Below, piece by piece: positions 10,857 to 23,089 of a stretch of 64,000 nt of DNA. Under the pieces are notes generated by a model. It saw nothing but the letters and a program-made list of their open reading frames with translations, made no database searches and had not been told where the DNA came from. Both the position numbers and the translations under genes were made by a program. Within the stretch, counting starts at the first letter, position 1; the number at the start of each line of letters is the position of its first letter. Origin of the DNA: Felis catus (lineage: Eukaryota); contig NC_058368.1 in assembly GCF_018350175.1 (NCBI RefSeq), positions 36,830,001 through 36,894,000 on the forward strand, in the 5' to 3' direction.

Positions 10857-11891
10857 ATAATAGTCTTAATACCAGTTTGTCATTGTACAGGTCTAGAGGT
10901 CAAAAGTCCAAAATGGTTATCACTGGGCTGATACCAAGGTATTGGCAGGATTGTGTTTTTTTCCCTGGAGGTTCTAGGGGAAAATCTGTTTTCTTGCATT
11001 TTCCAGCTTCTAGAGGCTCCTTGCATTCTTTGGCTCATGGCCCCTTTCATATTCAAGGATTACATTTGTATCTCTCTGCTTCCCTCATCACATTTCCTTC
11101 TCTGATACATCTCCTGTCTCCATTTACTTACAAAGACCTTTGTGATTACATCAGTCCCATTCAGATAGTTCAGAAAAATCTCATTTTAAAATCCTTAGTT
11201 TAATCATATTGCTCTGTAAAGTAATATATATTTTCACTGGGGATTAGAAGGGACATGGACATATTTGGGAAACATTCTGCCTATAACAGGCACCTTGTAG
11301 TTGTTGGATGTTCATAGGAGAGCCATACCTTTAGTCTTTTTTTCTTGAACCATTTTGTAAAACAGAAGAAATTTGCTGTTTACCGTCTTAATTAATACAT
11401 AGCTATTTTTTCCTTTTTTACAAAAAGACTCTAATTTGGTCTTTAAAATGAAACTGAGTTTTAATCAGCCTTTATTTTCAGATTTATTATTTACCAGTTA
11501 GAAATAAAGACAACTTGCATCTTGTGCTTCTTCAAGGCCTGAAATTTCTACTCTCTTTTGGCTCCCCATACCTCTCAATTCTCTTGCAAATTGGCCACTT
11601 TCTTCCCTCTGTTCATCTTCTTGTAGCACCTTGCCACAAGCAGCCAATAGCAACCAGTTCATGCTAGCAATATTCTTTTTCCTTATTCTTTGTTTGAAGT
11701 CACAAGATGATCAGGTATGTTATCTGCCCTTCAGCTTAGTGGAGGGGACAGTTCCACCAGATATTTGCTCCTGTGTGGCACAGATTGTTTTCTTTCTCCA
11801 AAAATAATTTTCCTTTCTAGTAGCCCAGTATCTGGCACTACATATTTTAGGGTATTGTTCTGGCTGCATTTTGTTCTTTGTAACCATTTCT

Positions 11892-12200
11892 GTGTCTGGT
11901 TAGCTTAGACTAAAATAAATTATGGTAACAAAGAATGTGGAAATTTCAGTGGCTTTAGCAAAGATTTATTTCTTATGTTTGGTACCTGCATATCATGTTT
12001 TTTCGACTGCACCTTATATCTACATCTTTTTCTCTAAGTTTGAGGGTTGATGAAAAAGCCCCATCAGGGAAATTCTGGACTTGTGGCAGAAGGAAGCATG
12101 CAAAGTGCCTTCACACTTCTGCTGAGAGGTGGCTTGTGACACCTCTAATGACATTTTTTTGGTCAAAGAAACTCACATGGCCAAGCCCTATATTAAGCAC
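11892..12200 (-). mobile_element. MLT1J-like MaLR LTR (5' LTR)
   Basis: ttcagtggcttt...gatttatttctt...ggtcaaagaaactcacatggccaagcc. Confidence 0.7.
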
Positions 12201-12390
12201 CCAAGGATCTGAGTCATGGTCCTTTCCCTTACTAACTCTGACTGTGGGCAATTTTCCTAATCTTTCTGAGATTCTGGTTCCTTATATTTAAAATAGGGTT
12301 AAGGATGTCTGCCTTGAAATTGAGTTAACTTGACATTGTATATTGTGTAATTACCAGTCTAGCATAAGACTCTTGAAATATATGGTCTAA
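12200..12390 (+). mobile_element. MIR fragment
   Basis: gactgtgggcaattttcctaatctttctgag...tttaaaatagg. Confidence 0.55.
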
Positions 12391-12599
12391 TAAACTGAGC
12401 AACATGAAGGATTTTACTCAGGGTAGACTTCTCAAATTTTTAATGGCAAAGAGGAATTGGAGTTGATTAAAAAGAGGAAGGAAGACATTCACATGGAGAT
12501 TAAGCATTAGTGATGACACAGGTTGTAGGAACATGTATATATATATATGTATATATATGTATCTCCTATATAGTACGGCCTTTTAAGAAACATTAAAAA

Positions 12600-12811
12600 A
12601 TTTTTTTAATGTTTTTATTTATTTTTGAGACAGAGAGAGAGAGAGCATGAGCAGGGAAGGAGCAGAGAGAGAGAGGGGAGAGACATAATCCGAAGCAGGC
12701 TCCAGGCTCTGAGCTTTCAGCACAGAGACTGACATGGGGCTCAAACTCACAGACTGTGAGATCATGACCTGAGCCAAAGTTGGATGCCCAACCAAGCCAC
12801 CCAGGTGCCCC
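12600..12811 (-). mobile_element. CanSINE
   Basis: TSD taagaaacatt. Confidence 0.95.
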
Positions 12812-12887
12812 TAAGAAACATTTTAAAGGACTAGAGACGCGGCTGGGGAGGAACAGAGGAATGAGTTTACTTAGATGGACCTAGTAT

Positions 12888-13459
12888 GTGATAACTGTTC
12901 AATATCCATATTTACTTCTATTGCCCTAAGATTGGATATGATATTTCTGGGGCAGAATAATTACTTATTACTTAACTGGGCCTGTTTTCTATGCCTAAAT
13001 TTCCCTTTTTGAGGTTAGTGGGATGAGGGCCGGATGTCATCCTACACACTGGGAACTGCCCGCTACGTGAGGAAGCCTAAAATTAAGAATCTGGGGCTTC
13101 TAAAGAGAGGGAACAGCTATTGGCCATACCCTCTTGGGAGATGAAGAGAAATCATTGCTCCCTACTAGAAACAAATTCTTCTTAAGGAGGATCATGAGTT
13201 TTTATTGTTTGGAATGTAAATATATGTCTCTAGTGGGAAGAAAAGACCATTATCTCTGACATTTCAACCCAGGGTTTGTTTAGGGTTTTATTCCCCCTTG
13301 AAATGTAAACACTTCACTCCTAGAAGGTAAATCTTTCAGAGTTTCAGGATCAGTTCAACTGTGATTAAGCTTTGTCTTTTAGCCCAGGTAAATTGCAGTC
13401 AAATTTGCTTAGCAAGCACAAAAAAAACCTAACTGCAGAAACATGAAATATGTTCTTCA
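12888..13459. mobile_element. Possible old ERV LTR, family unassigned
   Basis: TG...CA bounded ~570-bp block interrupting L2-like sequence; no TSD seen. Confidence 0.3.
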
Positions 13460-13930
13460 GAGCCCCGCAGTGTGAGGTGAGATAGTGCCAGGGCTGAAAG
13501 GTAGTGGAGGGAGTATTTAAGATGGCAATAGCAACAAAATGCAAATCCTTGTGGAAGAGAAATTTTGTGGTGAAATTAAGTTTGTGTTACGTTATTTTCG
13601 TGTTTGTAGAAAAAGACTGATCAGGGACATAAATTTTGAGACTGTGTGGAAGTCTTGGTTTGAGACATTAAACCCAGATAATACAAAGGGCATAGAAAAA
13701 AGCGAAGCAAGGAGTCAAATACATTTCATTTACTGCTAGAAGGAAATGAGTACGTGGATGAACACAGTTGGAAAACTTTTAGTGGGTGGTCAGGTCACTG
13801 GAATGGGAGGAGATAAGAATCCACGGGTTACCAATATGTCAAAAAAACCGATTTAAAAATGACAATTTTTTCATTGAAGTATGACACAAAGTATTGTATT
13901 AGTTTCAGATGTGTAATATGATGATTCAAC

Positions 13931-14240
13931 TGTGGTAGAGCCCCCCCCCCCCACCTCCCCAAACCTCAGGAATATGGTGGAAGCCTCAAGACAAGGGAGG
14001 GCAACCTGGCTACGTGCATGTGTGTGACATTCCTCAAGGCTCTGTAACATAGACTGCCCATTCAGACTGTTACCATATATGGAGACAAAGGAGCAAAAGT
14101 TGTACAAAAGGCAACCCCCCTCTGTGCTCTGGGCTCAGGCTTTTGGGTATTAGCCTGCTGAGCTTGTGCTGGTGAGAAAAGCTGCTTCTTGGAAAGAAAA
14201 GCCTCTGTGTCCCGACCCTCTCTCAGGACTCACTGCTACA
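13931..14240 (+). mobile_element. 310-bp solo LTR, probably ERV1 class
   Basis: TGTGGTAG...CTGCTACA termini, 4-bp TSD CAAC, inserted in an L1 3'UTR. Confidence 0.8.
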
Positions 14241-14563
14241 CAACCATTCTATACATAACTCAGTGCTCATTAAGATATGTGTGCTCTCTGGATCTTCTTT
14301 ATCTATTTCACCTCTCCCCCTCTCCTCTGGCCACCACCACTTTGTTCCTTGTGTTTGAGAGTGTTTTTTTTTGTTTGTTTGTCTCTTTTTTTGTTTGTTT
14401 GATCATTTGTTTCTTAGATTTCACATGTGAGTGGAAATCACATGGCATTTGTCTTTCTCTGATGGACTTACTTCACTTAGCGTCATACCTTCTAGGTCCA
14501 TCTATGTTGTTGTAAATAGCAAGATCTCTCTCTCCCTCTCTTTTTTAACGATTAAGTAAAATT

Positions 14564-14565
<2 letters not shown>

Positions 14566-14611
<46 letters not shown>
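14566..14611 (+). repeat. (TG)n microsatellite inside L1
   Basis: Read directly. Confidence 0.95.
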
Positions 14612-14613
<2 letters not shown>

Positions 14614-15049
14614 CACATGCCACATCTTCTTTATCCATTCATCCATGGCGAGACACTTGGATTGCTTCCACATCTTGGCTATTGCAAATGATGCAATAAT
14701 AAATATAGAAGTGCATGTAACTTTTCCAATTAGTGTTTTTGTTTTCTTTGGGTAAATACCCAGTAGGAGAATTACTTGAGCATGTGGTAGTTCTATTTTT
14801 AAGTTTTTGAGGAACCTCCATACTGTTTTCCACAGTGGCTATACCAATTTACATTCCCTCAGCAGTTCATGAGGGATCCTTTTTCTCCACGTCCCTATCA
14901 ACTCTTGTTTTTTCTGGCCTTTTTGGTTATAGCCATTCTATCAGGTATAAGGTGATATCTCATTATGGTTTTTTCTTGCATTTCCCTAATGGTGAGTGAT
15001 CTTGAATATCTTTTCATGTGTCCATTGGCTGTCTTCATGTCTTCTAAAA

Positions 15050-15695
15050 ACATTTTTTTCCTGCTTTGTTGAAGATTAATTGCTTATATAGTTCTGGGTT
15101 CATTTCTGAATTTTCTGTTCCATTGATCATATTATATGTTTGTTTTTGTGCCAGTACCATACTGTCTTGATCACTATAGCTTTGTAATATAACTTGAAAT
15201 CTGGGGTTTTGATGCCTCCAGCTTTGCTTTTCTTTTTCAAGATTGCTTTGGCTATTTGTAGTCTTTTGTGGTTCCATACAAATTTTAGGATTATATATGT
15301 TCTAGTTGTGTGAAAAATGCTGGTGGTATTTTGATAGGGATTGCCTTAAATGTGTAGATTTCTTTGGGTAATATAGACTTTTTTTTTTTTTTTACAATAT
15401 TTGTTGTTCCAATCCATAAGCAAGAATGTTTTCCCATTTCTTTGTGTCATCTTCAGTCTCTTTCATCAGTGTTTTATAGTTTTCAGAGTACCAATCTTTT
15501 ACCTTTTTGGTCAGGTTTATTCCTAGGTATATTTTTGGTGGGTTTTGGTGCAATTGTAAATGGGATTGATTCCTTGATTTCCCTTTCTGCTTGCTTCCTT
15601 ATTGGTGTATAGAAATTCAACAGATTCCTATACATTGACTGTGTATCCTGCAACTTTAGTGAATTCATGTATCGGTTCTAGTAATTTTTTGGTGG
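15050..15695 (-). mobile_element. L1 ORF2 fragment
   Basis: ORFs 15044-15277 and 15483-15668 give ORF2-like peptides ([20 protein letters not shown]). Confidence 0.92.
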
Positions 15696-16083
15696 AATGA
15701 AATTTTGCCATTTGCAATGACATAGATGGGGCTGTAGAGTATTATGCTAAGTGAAGTCAGTCAGTCAGAGAAAGACAAATACCATATGATTTTGCTATTA
15801 TGTGGAATTTAAGAAACAAAACAAATGAACATAGAGGAAAAAAAAAGAGGCAAGCCAAGAAACAGACTCTTAACAATGGGGAACAAATTGATGGTTACCA
15901 GAGGGGAGGTGGGCAGGAGGATGGGTTAAATAGGTGATGGATATTACTGAGAGCATTTGTGATAAGCACCAGGTTTTGTGTGTGAATCACTAAATTGTAT
16001 GTTGTAGATGAATCACTAAATCCTGCACCTGAAACTAAAGTTACACTGTATATTAACTAACTGGAATTTAAGCTAAAACTTGA
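15696..16083 (+). mobile_element. Carnivore L1 3'UTR
   Basis: gaatgaaattttgccatttgc...cagagaaagacaaataccatatg...aactaactggaattt. Confidence 0.92.
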
Positions 16084-16300
16084 GGGGTGCCTGGGTGGCC
16101 AGTCGGTTAAGTGTTGGCTTGATTTCTGCTTAGGTCATGATCTCACGGTTTGTGGGTTCAGGTTCCACATCAGGCTCTGTGCTGACAGCACAGAGCCTGC
16201 TTGAGACTCTCTCTCTGCCTGTCCCCTGCTCATGCACTCTTCTCTTCTCTCTCTCTCTTTCTCTCTCTCTCTCAAAATAAGTAAACATTAAAAAAAACTT
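16084..16300 (+). mobile_element. CanSINE
   Basis: Head, CT tract, A tail. Confidence 0.93.
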
Positions 16301-16759
16301 TAAAAAAACCCAGTTTTTTCTCCATACTTGAATAGTTTTTAGAAAGACAGAAAGAGGGAGATAAGGCAGTGAAATGGGTATGTTCTTAAAGGATTTGAAA
16401 CTGGGATAGTGCATATGTCCAGGTTGTGGAGAATGGGGATGAGGAAAGGTGGGTTTGGAAACTCATGAAAACATGAGATGAAGTAGGTAGTGAGGTGAAA
16501 AGGAGCAACATCATATACAGTGGTTTACTGATCATAGAGAATCAAAGGCCAGGAACGTAAATGCTTAGGGAGTGAGAAGAGATGAAAAAGAAGAAAAGAT
16601 AGAATGACACATGAATGTTTATAAAATGATTGTGGGAAGAAATGCAGATGGCAAAGCTAGGGTCAAAACATTTGGGTTTTAGGACTTAAAGTTACACACA
16701 TACACACAAAAACAGCGTTAAGATTTTATAATCTTTCTATTTTAAGATGACTTTTTTTA

Positions 16760-16957
16760 AAAAGTATTTATTTTGAGAGAGAAGGAGAGAACATGAACAC
16801 ACACAAGTGCAGAGAAGGAGTAGAGAGAGAGGAAGAGAGAGAATCCCCAGCAGGCTCCTTGCTGTCAGCGCAGAGCTCAATCTCAGGAACCTTCAGCTCA
16901 TGACCTGAGCAGAAGTCAAGAGTTGGATGCTTAACTGAGTGAGTCTCCCAAGCATCC
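16760..16957 (-). mobile_element. CanSINE, diverged
   Basis: gagaatccccagcaggctcc...catgacctgagc. Confidence 0.88.
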
Positions 16958-16994
16958 TGATAACATGTTTTATCTTTAAAAAAAAACTTCAAAA

Positions 16995-17174
16995 AATGTT
17001 TTTAATATATTATTGAGACAGAGAGAGACAGAGCATGAGCAGGAGAGGGGCAGTGAGAGAGGGGCAGAGAGAGGCTCAGCAAAGATCCCGGCACGGGGCT
17101 CAAACTCACAAACCAAGAGATCATGACCTGAGTGGAAGTTGGATGCTTAACCGACTGAGCCACCCAGGTGCCCC
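16995..17174 (-). mobile_element. CanSINE
   Basis: TSD aacatgttttatctt. Confidence 0.93.
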
Positions 17175-17319
17175 AACATGTTTTATCTTAATACCAAAGT
17201 AATACATGCTAATTAATGGAAAGAAAAATGTTGATGGAAGGAATATAAAAAAGAATAAAAGTTTGTCATAATCCCACTACCTAAAGATGACAACTATTAA
17301 TATTTCCATATTTTTTTCT

Positions 17320-17532
17320 TAAAAAAACTTTTTAAATGTTTTTTTGAGAGAGAGAGCAAGAGAGCGAGCATGAGCAGGGGAGGGGCAGAGAGAGAGGGAG
17401 ACACAGAATCCAAAGCAGGCTCCAGGCTCTGAGCTGTCAGCACAGAACCCAACGCAGGGCTTGAAGCCACAAGCGAGATCATGACCTGGGCCAAAGTCAG
17501 ACGCTCAACCGACTGAGCCACCCAGGTGCCCC
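17320..17532 (-). mobile_element. CanSINE
   Basis: Full core and head. Confidence 0.95.
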
Positions 17533-17924
17533 TCCATGTTTTTTTTTTAAATCTGATCCATATATGTTTACCAAATGGCATTATATTTCACCTACATTCA
17601 CCTACACACTTGTAAGAAATCATTTACTCTTGCTGTTAGATGTTTTCTACAGCATCACTTTGAATAATACCTTTTGTCTTTCCTAACAGGTTTTGCAGAT
17701 AGTTCTTTTCTCCTGAGGTGAATAGAGTGGAAGAAATAAGTACATAGTTACATTCCTCCACTTCCAGGTCTAGGTCATTACAGTCAAGGCCTACTACTTT
17801 AAGTTGCTGTACTTGGCTCATCACTCATGTCTGTTCAGATGTTCCCACAGACAGTTCAGGACAATACCAGAATTCTTCCCTTTTGTGGGAGGGGGAACGT
17901 TTTCCATATTTACAAATAATGTTC

Positions 17925-18148
17925 TTTTTCTTTTTTTTTCAAAAATTTTTAAATCTTTGTTTATTTTTGAGAGGAAGAGAGACACTGCAAGTGGGGGAGG
18001 AACAGAGAGAGAGGGAGACACAGAATCTGAAGCAGGCTCCAGGCTCCAAGCTGTCAGCACAGAGCCCGACAGGGCTTGAACTCATGAATTGTGAAATCAT
18101 GATCTGAGTCGAAGTGGATACTTAACTGACTGAGCCACCTAGGAGCAC
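17925..18148 (-). mobile_element. CanSINE
   Basis: Flanking acaaataat(g/t)ttct repeat. Confidence 0.95.
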
Positions 18149-18164
18149 CACAAATAATTTTCTA

Positions 18165-18340
18165 TATGCATTATCCATTCTATTTTCATACCAGCCCAGC
18201 AAGGTAGATATTAGTATTATTTAAATTTTGCAGATGAGACACTTAAAGCTCAGAGAGATGGAATAACTCTTCTAAGGATGTGCAGTGCATAAGTAGTGAA
18301 GCCAAAAGTGAAATTTATGTTCTCTTTCTTGAAACTCCAT
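18165..18340 (-). mobile_element. MIR fragment
   Basis: ttttgcagatgagacacttaaagctcagagag core. Confidence 0.7.
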
Positions 18341-19250
18341 TCTTGTTCTTTTACTCCCTAGAGGAATAAAAAGAAAGGATTATTTTTAAAATAGTCTGAA
18401 TCTCATCTATAAAATTGGAAAGATTGCAAATGTCATGAACCCAGTAACTCACATATTAACAGGGTAGTTAAAACAGCTGGTAGAAATGGACAGAAAACAA
18501 CAATTGTAGAAGCCAAATTTGGAGGTCAAGTTTCTATTTGGCACATTTGCTAAATCATTGTCTGATGCCCTCACCATTTTGTCCTAAAATATGTTTCCTG
18601 CCCCTGGTAGTTGGTGTTATGGTGGTAAATGAGGGGGTTGGAAGGAAATGTCACAAAATGTCACACTCCCAGGGCTTAGGCTTGTTATTGGGCCTGGAAA
18701 TGGTATCCCATTCCCTACACTTGTAGGGATAAAATTCCTACGTACAGCTTATCCTGGGAGTTGCTAGGGACATGGAGAATAACAGAAATTATATCTATTA
18801 GAATCATAAGGAACTTAGGACCTGGCAAGTGATATCTTGATTTTATGTGCTGGCGTCATGGAAAAATTAAATTTAGTATCATAAAGCCAAAGGAAATGCT
18901 AATGAGAAGTTATTACCTAATAATATTTGCAGAGCCTTGACAGGTATTGAAGGGAACATGGAGGTGGACACACTTCCTGTTCAGGATATAATAGCTATAA
19001 GAGGGCTAGTAAAGCATGCTCTTGGGACAAAATTGCTTATCAGGATAAGGTTAATTACCTGTGTGAGGACATTGACAGAAGTGACATTGACAAGAACAGA
19101 AATGCAGAAGGCCTTGAAAATCATGCTCTTTACCTGCTTGGAGGAAGAAATACAGGGAGATGTAAAACGAAACCATTTGCCACAATGCATAAACCTACCT
19201 CTCTTTTCTCTGCTCCCATCTATTTCTAAGACTGAAAAAGGACCGTTCTT

Positions 19251-19981
19251 TTTTTTTTTATTTTTTAAAATTTACATCCAAATTAGCATATAGTGCAACA
19301 ACGATTTCAGGAGCCTTAGTGCCCTTTACCCATTTAGCCCATCCCCCCCCCCACAACCCCTCCAGTAACCCTCAGTTTGTTCTCCATATTTTTGAGTGTC
19401 TTCTGTTTTGTCCCCCTCCCTGTTTTTATATTATTTTTGTTTCCCTTCCCTTATGTTCATCTGTTTTGTCTCTTAAAGTCCTCATATGAGTGAAGTCATA
19501 TGATTTCTATCTTTCTCTGACTAATTTCACTTAGCATAATACCTTCCCTTATGTTCATCTGTTTTGTCTCTTAAAGTCCTCATATGAGTGAAGTCATATG
19601 ATTTCTATCTTTCTCTGACTAATTTCACTTAGCATAATACCCTCCAGTTCCATCCACGTAGTTGCAAATGGCAAGATTTCATTCTTTTTGATTGCTCATT
19701 AATACTCCATTGTATGTATGTGTGTGGTATATATATATACCACATCTTCTTTATCCATTCATCCATCGATGGACATTTGGGCTGTTTCCATACTTTGGCT
19801 ATTGTTGATAGTGCTGCTATAAACATGGGGGTGCATGTGTCCCTTTGAAACAGCATACCTGTATCCCTTGGATAAGTGCCTAGTAGTGCAATTGCTGGGT
19901 TGTAGGGTAGTACTATTTTTAGTTTTTTGAGGAACCTCCATACTCTTTTCCAGAGTGGCTGCACTAGCATGCATTCCCAGC
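19251..19981 (-). mobile_element. 5'-truncated felid-type L1 with TSD
   Basis: ORF 19629-19970 is the ORF2 C-terminus ([12 protein letters not shown]...PKCPSMDEWIKKMW); TSD aaaag(g/a)acc(g/a)ttctt. Confidence 0.95.
19444..19641 (+). repeat. Perfect 98-bp tandem duplication
   Basis: Two identical copies read directly. Confidence 0.95.
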
Positions 19982-20399
19982 AAAAGAACCATTCTTAACT
20001 GTACAGTTCAGTTGCATTTCATTTTTTTTTGATGTTTATCCTGAAATTGAAGACAGTAGGGACCTTAGAAATGATTCACTAAAAACCTGAATCCAGTCCA
20101 GCATATCCAAAGTGCAGTGTTTTAGAATCTTTCCGGATTGACATTGGACACTGTGTAACCATTTATTACTCTTTATTATGGAAGGCAGTAGTCTGTGAGG
20201 ACCATCCTGACTAAAATATGTTCTTTTTTTTTTTTCTTCAAATAGAATGCCAAATAGAATTGGCAGTGCTCCCTGAAAATTAATTCGGAGTGTACGTAAC
20301 TATTTTAAAGGCTGAATTTACATTACATATTCTTTCTGAACAAGATAGCATTAGACCACATAATACTGCAGTAATAAAAATGTATTTGATGTTAAATAG

Positions 20400-20620
20400 C
20401 ACACATTTATGGAACACTATTTTGATCTAGGCACTGTTCTAAGCTTTAGCACGTATTAACTAATTTTATCCTCATAACACTTTGAGGTGGGCACGATTAT
20501 TATTATTCCTCTTTTATAAATGGTAAAAGTAAGACACAAAGAGATTAAGATTGTCCCAAATTACACAACAGTTATGTAATAGAGGCTAGGATTGAGCACA
20601 GAAAATATGATTCCAGGTCT
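20400..20620 (-). mobile_element. MIR
   Basis: taggcactgttctaagcttt...atcctcataac...attattattcctc. Confidence 0.75.
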
Positions 20621-21169
20621 TAAATCCTTAGCTTCCATGCCCTCTTACATCTCTGGGCACATAGTCTTAGCTGTTTACCTGTATGCAAATTACAACGTTT
20701 ATTTTCCCATTGTAATACATTACTTGACTAACGGATTTACCATTTATAGTCAAGTAATTGTAATTGCAGTACTGCTTATTCTATTCTTTCTTTTGCCTGG
20801 AAGGTAAATTTATTTCAGACTATATCACACTGACATGTACGTATAGAAAATATGGCAGGAACGTACCAGGAAGTAAGGAGTTTTGAAGTCAGTGATGTAA
20901 GGCTTCAAATGCAACATGTATAATTGCTGCGGTTCCCAATCTTATTATTGGTAGCTTCCAGAGTCTCTATGCTGTCTGTTTGCTCACTAAGGTGATATTA
21001 TCTTTCAGATGCTCAAATGTGAGGCTCAAACATTTCAACTCTACTTCTAATTAAATCATTGAAATACATGTTTTAGCATATATGTAGAACACATTTCTGA
21101 TGGCTTTGTTGGGCAGGTTAGTTAGCTGGGCAATTAGCTAGCAAAGCAGGAAAATCTTAGGCTCAGCAA

Positions 21170-21310
21170 TCAATTTCCATCCCAGGTAGAACATTTAGTA
21201 CAATTCTGTGTTTGGCAATTACTTAATCTCATTGCATTGCCCTTTACCCGTATGTAAAATGGAGATACTTCTCAACTCCTCACAGGTTGTGACAATGAGA
21301 ACAATGTTAT
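21170..21310 (+). mobile_element. MIR fragment
   Basis: ttggcaattacttaatctc...tgtaaaatggagata. Confidence 0.55.
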
Positions 21311-21599
21311 TATTAGGACAGGTTCTTCAAGTGGATACTGCTTTGATTGTTAACGTATCCATTTATGAATGATTAATGATACTGAAAATATGTGAGGCTT
21401 TGTTTTATAATAAAACATATTAATTGGTAAAAGAACTGGATTTGAGTTCAGAAGAATATTTTTTAAAAATGTTGGAAATTCCTAATCTTTCTATGCATGG
21501 TTTAGAATCTTGATCAGTGGTCTCATACATGTGACCTTTACATTCTGTTATTATAAAACATATCACTTTGTATTATATTTAATTTCTTTACATGTAGGC

Positions 21600-21725
21600 C
21601 TATTAGATATGACTGTGAACTCTTGGAGAGAAAGGAACAACACCCATCAATCTTCCTAGCTACAATATCTGGCACATAGCTACAGTGCAGATGCTTGTTA
21701 TGTGATTGTGTAATAAATGAACAAA
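21600..21725 (+). mobile_element. L2 3' end
   Basis: gactgtgaactcttggagag...tctggcacatag. Confidence 0.6.
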
Positions 21726-23089
21726 CCAATTTTAAGGACTCAGTGTAGGTATCAGTTGAAACACTGTGTTATATTGGAATACTGTAATATCAGTTTTGTG
21801 ATAGTACATGTAATTAATCATACTTAACCGAACTGAGAATAGCGTTGGCTATTCTTGTTTTCCTGTATACTTCATGCAAGCTAGGCTCTTTTGGGACATT
21901 CATGCCGAAATAATGTGGTTATGTCTTTTGGTAATGAATGGATGTTTTCTAAGGAATCGTATTAACAGAGTAAGTGATTCAACTGAAGAAAACAATGTAT
22001 AATGCTCTAAAGATTAACCTAAAGAAAAGTTTCTGAGGGTAAAAAGCACATTGTTCCATTATTTAAATTAAGTTGCCATAGTAATTTTCTCAAAAGTTAA
22101 ATCAGTGATAATCCTATTTGTAGTACAGATAATTGATAATTAAAATGCTTGGCAACGGAGTTATAACCCAAGAGGCAAAAATTGTGTACTTTACCTGGCA
22201 CAAATAAGGCTATAATGGGAGAAAATAACATTTCTGTCATTCCAGTCTGACTTGCATGTGATAACACTGGAGTGTATGATGGGTCATGTATTAAAATTAG
22301 GGGTTATGGGGAGAAATAGAGACTTTAGTATCATTATCCTTTTCAAGAGCTAGCTCTCAATTAGTGAGATGGGATCCATTATTTTTCCCCCTGCTTTACT
22401 CCTGTGGCCCATTACCTTTGCTCTACCTGAACTGAAGAGAACATTCGGGGATTTGTGGCAATCTACTGAAATTTTTATAACCTGAATTGACTTTTCAGGT
22501 TCAGCCAGCAACACCCAGGATATTAAACTGACACTTCTGAATTTCCCAGGGCAGCTAGCACACATCTGCTCTTCATTTCCACACAGTTTATAGAGTGACT
22601 GTTTTCTAAATCACAGGGGTCTGCAGAAAGTTGTTACTGACAGGATTTCTGAGAAGAAGAGTAAAGGTGTGACATATGCCACAGGATTGTCCCAGATCCT
22701 TGATAATGTTGGCAATCAGGCTGTTGGAAGATCCTGCACCATTATTGGCAGGCCGGTTTCAATCTGCCTTCAGTGATGCTGAACAATTCAAATAGGAGAG
22801 GCAAGAATGACCAAAGAAATGACAGTAGTGAAAGTGGCATTGTTTTAGGAATGATCTAGAAGAAGTTGTTCGGAATGAAGCAGAGCAGTCAGTGCAGGAA
22901 TGTGTTGTGGTCCAAATGTCTTATTCCGTGGGGGATATAGAATTGGGTACACACTTTGACATTGGCAAGATTCTGAAAACAAGGTTAGTTTCCCAGATGA
23001 GGCTTCAAAAGTCATTGAAAGCCATTAAAATGAAAGTCATTAACATGAAAACCAGTAGCATGTATGAATAGGGAAGCTATATGGAACTA

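Larger units (their letters stand above)
10241..11288 (-). mobile_element. MLT1D-like solo LTR interrupted by SINEs
   Basis: gtattagttttctattgct start, ttccagcttctagaggct, ttgtgattacat, ctgcctataaca end. Confidence 0.8.
9271..11890 (-). mobile_element. MLT1 internal region, interrupted by SINEs and an MLT1D-like LTR
   Basis: ccataacaattctgaaatc and related MaLR-int motifs; bounded by two similar LTRs. Confidence 0.65.
13866..15045 (-). mobile_element. Carnivore L1 3' end (3'UTR and ORF2 C-terminus)
   Basis: ORF 14639-14833 and cacatcttctttatccattcatc, ttttgaggaacctccatactg L1 motifs. Confidence 0.92.

Noticed and set aside
18937..19293. 118-aa plus ORF
   Set aside because: Non-ATG start, ends in the L1 T tail, no recognisable homology
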